From Mytilus trossulus (lineage: Eukaryota): a stretch of DNA of 64,000 nucleotides. The stretch is taken from the NCBI RefSeq assembly GCF_036588685.1, contig NC_086378.1, positions 33,604,001-33,668,000 of the forward strand. The letters are read 5' to 3'. A program made the translations under genes and the position numbers. The notes below the pieces were generated by a model that worked only from the letters and a program-made list of their open reading frames with translations, ran no database searches and was not told where the DNA came from. Within the stretch, counting starts at the first letter, position 1; each line of letters begins with the position of its first letter. This document shows positions 58,508-64,000 of the stretch, piece after piece.

Positions 58508-59688
58508 TCACCACTTACATAAAGCTGGCGTTGATTGGTCCGCATATCTTAAATCTGATTGGACTGATTTGTAAGGGACTTTGACAGTTTTCAATCCATT
58601 TTTTACTGAAAAACTGCTCAACCCAAGCTGACAGTAAAAATGCCCCCTTTTTTCATTCATAATTACAGTTTCTGATCATCCCTCATAGCTCAACAATAGT
58701 AAATTAGTGTCACGGTTTCAATATGATAAATCTGAAGAAGAAAAATAATAATAATGAAAAAAGGTCAAAATACATGCAGAAACATTAAGGAAAGGAACGA
58801 AAAATAAAAACAGGAAAAAATAAAAATAAAATGCAGTTATAACACAAACAAAGCGAAATAAAAATAAAAAAACAGAAACAAATGGAATTACACATTCCCG
58901 ACATGACATTGTGCGGATCGGCTGAGTTTCTTTATTGTTGTATTATGTCATATTTATGTATATTTAATATAAAAAAAGAAGATGTGGTATGATTTTCATT
59001 TGGGCTGGGCACATTTGTCACATTGTCTGATTGTCGGTGTGCTTACATCAATTCCACATCTTTAATACACAAACAATAACTAAATAAAGACAGAAAGACA
59101 GAGAGAGAGATGCTGAAAAAAATGGAAAAAGGAAAAGAATGGAAAGTACATATCATATATAAAAGTGTTGACGAAAGAGATAATGTTAACAAAAACTATA
59201 AATAATTATAATAATAAAAAAAAACCACACACCTTCTCAGATGAATCTAAGCATGCTCGCATCAATAACCAAGAGAGAGAAAGAAGAGAGCAGACTAGTA
59301 TTAAATATAAATACTATCAGTGGTTTTTTTTCCCCCCGACAAACATTATATGATTTAACTGAGCTACTTGTGGGTTCAAAGAGTCAGAAAGTACGACAAT
59401 AAATGTTCTGATGAAGAAGACTGAAAAAGTTACTAGACTTAGTGTTATGCTATAAGAACTGTACTTAAATGGGATGCGTTAGAGAGAGAAGAAAAGAAGA
59501 ATCACGGAAGAAGGGACATTTATATTTTAGACATTTTTTATTTGTTATGTAGTAGAATATATTTTTTTCAATTATGTATGGGGAATAAAGTATTACTAAG
59601 ATGTACAACAATTTTAGACTCTTTTTGAAAAATATTGGTGGCCCTGAAAAGGGCCGTTGTTAAGTGAGTAATCCGATATATCCACTTT

Positions 59689-60072
<384 letters not shown>

Positions 60073-60342
60073 CTATTTGGTTGATCGACACTGAGTAAAG
60101 TGATACAATTTTTCTTCAAAATTTAGCTTATATACCCACTAAACGGATTGAACGATGTTTTTATTATACACCAATCAGAACGAAGCTCTCTGCGAGCAGT
60201 TAGGCTACCGAACATTCAACATGTTATGGGTGCTCTCTCCGAGGTTCGCGTTTAATAAAATCTTTCAATCCGTTTTGCCCAGTATATAAACAAATTGAAA
60301 ATAATTTTTCACCATTACTTATTTGATTATCAAACCAGTAAC

Positions 60343-60717
60343 ATGCCACCCAAAGTAGGAACTAAAGGAGCCAAGAAGGCCGTCACCAAGGCAAAGACTG
60401 CCAGACCCGGCGGTGATAAGAAAAGGAGGAGGAAGAGACGTGAATCCTATGCTATCTACATCTACAAAGTCTTGAGACAAGTTCACCCCGACACCGGAGT
60501 GTCCTCAAAGGCAATGTCCATCATGAACAGCTTCGTCAACGATATCTTCGAGAGAATCGCAGCAGAGGCTTCCCGATTGGCACACTACAACAAAAGATCT
60601 ACCATCACATCCCGGGAGATCCAGACCGCTGTCCGTCTTCTCTTACCCGGAGAATTGGCCAAGCACGCTGTCAGTGAAGGTACCAAAGCCGTCACTAAAT
60701 ACACCAGCAGCAAGTAA
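60343..60717 (+). CDS. H2B: Histone H2B
   Basis: Canonical ORF. Confidence 0.99.
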   Translation: MPPKVGTKGAKKAVTKAKTARPGGDKKRRRKRRESYAIYIYKVLRQVHPDTGVSSKAMSIMNSFVNDIFERIAAEASRLAHYNKRSTITSREIQTAVRLLLPGELAKHAVSEGTKAVTKYTSSK

Positions 60718-61571
60718 ACAGTCTGAAGTTTATAACTTCACAAACGGCCCTTTTCAGGGCCACCAACATTTTTCAAAAAGAATTTACATTTGTTGTACAT
60801 CAATGTCAAACTTCTAAACAAAGCTATAAATCCCAACCCCAGCTATAACCACTTTCAAACTATTTCAATAGTATATGGTTACTTTTCTCTTCTTTCTATC
60901 TGTATAACAAATATACGTGTATTTCACTCATTCTGTAGCATTTAATTTGTCTGTCAAAACTACAAAGCGTAAATACATAAATCATGAAGAACAAAACAGT
61001 GCTTTCATTCCAATTAATAGAGTTGATAAATTTACGATTTCTTTTGCTTTTCGAGAGAAAAAAAATATTGCGAGAATTATTTTACACGGAAACAAGAACA
61101 TTACCTAATCTTAAACCACGCAAAAAAAACCTCTATAATTGAATATAACAGAATCTACAGATTTTGTGTGTAAAAGTCCGTGCATTTTGTTTTGAAATTT
61201 TCTCTCTTCATGTAGGCAAATGCACGGACTTGATCTTTGAACGTATTCATAAACCTTCAGAAATATAAATTCTCAAATAAATACAAGAGTAAGAGTAAGG
61301 AAGTTAATTAAAAAGAAAGCCAGATATTTAAAAAAAAAAAGGGGGGGGGGGGGGGGGTATAACGAGAGAGAGAAAATAGTTGCGGATCAGGATCAGGGAA
61401 AACAAGAAAAACGGTTGAAAAATTCATGAACATTAGAGAAAAGAATAGAAGTGGGAGCAAGCTTTGATTTCAAGATTTTGTTTAAAACGATGTACAACAA
61501 ATCTAAGATTCTTTTTGAAAAATGTTGGTGGCCCTGAAAAGGGCCGTTGTTGATATTAGCTGGGTGGCTGT

Positions 61572-61889
<318 letters not shown>

Positions 61890-63606
61890 CTATTTGTGGT
61901 GATTAGTTAAATAATACTTTCCGTCTAACAGCGACTCTTTATATATCACCAACGCGGCCGTAAAAGAAGTATCACACATTTTCAGTTAACTGTTGTCTGA
62001 TTGGCTTACGTTGTTTTATTCCGGGAGGTAACTCTGTACTGCCTTAAACTGTGTACACTTTCAATCCACTTTTTCATTCTAGGTCTGAAAAATATAATAA
62101 TTCATATCAGACAGTAAATTTTTAAGAAAAAACTATTATTTCAATCGGAATAAAAATGACTGAAGGAGACAAAAAAAGTTCCAAAATGTTGAAAAGTTTT
62201 CATTTTAAGATAGAATAGTATGATAAATAAATGATAAATGAAAATCACTTTAGACAGTCAAAATTATAAAGATAATTATTTGCTTTCTCTGAACAGACAT
62301 TTTCATTCAATGACAATACACATTTCAACTTAATGGAATGGAATTTAGTTGGGGAAAAAATAAACCTCACAGACATATCTAGGAATACTGGTTATCTATT
62401 TGTCTATTTGATGTATCCAGAAATTGGATACATCACAGGATTTTACATGCTTGCAGTTTTCTACCTGTCTTTCATAACTCAACATCATCTGTCAAAGCTG
62501 TGCTTGCCATCCATCAACGATCTGCTGCAGGTACTTCAGATCATAAATGGGAGAATGTATGAATAAAACTGTTACTGTTATTACTATTAAAGATTTTTTT
62601 TTCTAGGTATTACAGTGAAGAAAAGAGATGCCCCTGACTGCGGGTAAAACTTCTTATGTGTGCATCTTCCTTTCAATTTTATTTTTAAACGCCATTCTAT
62701 ATTTATCCACAGTATGACGATGACAATTTCATCAGCCAATCCAATAAAAATGTTAATGCGCACACATGTACTTACTATTCTGAAGACTTCTTTTAGCCAG
62801 AAAAGTTTATAATAAGTCTGAAAACCACTTTTTATCATATAAAAAAGCTTATAAGTGCAAGATATATGCTTACATGGACTTCCTACATTGAAATTTTGTG
62901 GGGACTACTTGGACCCGTACCGAAATTATATTAATTTAAATAGAAATTTCATGATTTTGTTAACTAGCAGCAAGACAAGACTCTAAAGTGGACAAAATAT
63001 ATTACTACATACATGATAAAAAAATTCTTTACAATTCTGACTGAAAAAGAGCTCTAAATTTTTGATAAAAGTACCCTGTAATATCAGCTTTTCTAAAAGA
63101 AATATTCAAATTAATGAATTATACAAGATATTTAAACTCTAACTTAAAAAAAAAGGTTATATTTTGGCCAGTTGGTGGTTCTCTTTCTTTGGTCTAGACT
63201 ACTGGTGTAAATAATACATCAAAAGAAGACAAGACAAAACAAGCGAAGAAAAGAAAAGAACAGAAGTACAGATAGAAACATTTATATGTTGATCTTTTTT
63301 TATATAATGTACTATTTAATATTCTACACACAAGGACATACATGTACCATGATAAACAAACACCCCCCTTTTTTTTGTGATGAGACTTGTGTGTATATAT
63401 ATATCATAAAATTTATTTTTTGTCTATGTATTGCTTTGCATATAGATGGATTCAACAAGAAGAAATAAAAGAGAGAGAGAGAGATGGGGAAAAGAGGGGT
63501 TCGGCTATGTTTCTAATTTTCATGTACAACAATTTATAGATTCTTTTTGAAAAATATTGGTGGCCCTGAAAAGGGCCGTTATGTTTTGGTGAAAAAATCA
63601 CACTTC

Positions 63607-64000
<394 letters not shown>

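Overview
AT-rich animal genomic DNA. The interspersed repeats and histone 3' signals fit a bivalve, most likely a mussel (Mytilus-like); this is inference. The window is three consecutive tandem arrays separated by two 100-N scaffold gaps. (1) 1-17848: part of a minus-strand ankyrin-repeat gene whose 105-nt phase-0 exons each encode one 35-aa repeat; the exon set is being expanded by a ~6.9-kb tandem duplication, and each duplicated exon has an inverted partial copy nearby. (2) 17949-40171: ~2.6 near-identical copies of an ~8.6-kb unit. Its only recognisable intact gene is a 127-aa I-PpoI-like His-Cys-box (His-Me finger) endonuclease, set among decayed mobile-element pieces (tyrosine-recombinase C-terminus plus hairpin, MITE dimer, SINE, retroelement tail). 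(3) 40272-64000: a ~5.6-kb replication-dependent core histone repeat (H3-, H2A-, H2B+, H4-; no H1 or 5S seen), 4+ copies, with shared promoter and extended 3' motifs. The best candidate for an undescribed system is the tandemly amplified, stand-alone homing-type endonuclease unit next to the histone array. All coordinates were read by eye; repeat boundaries are approximate.
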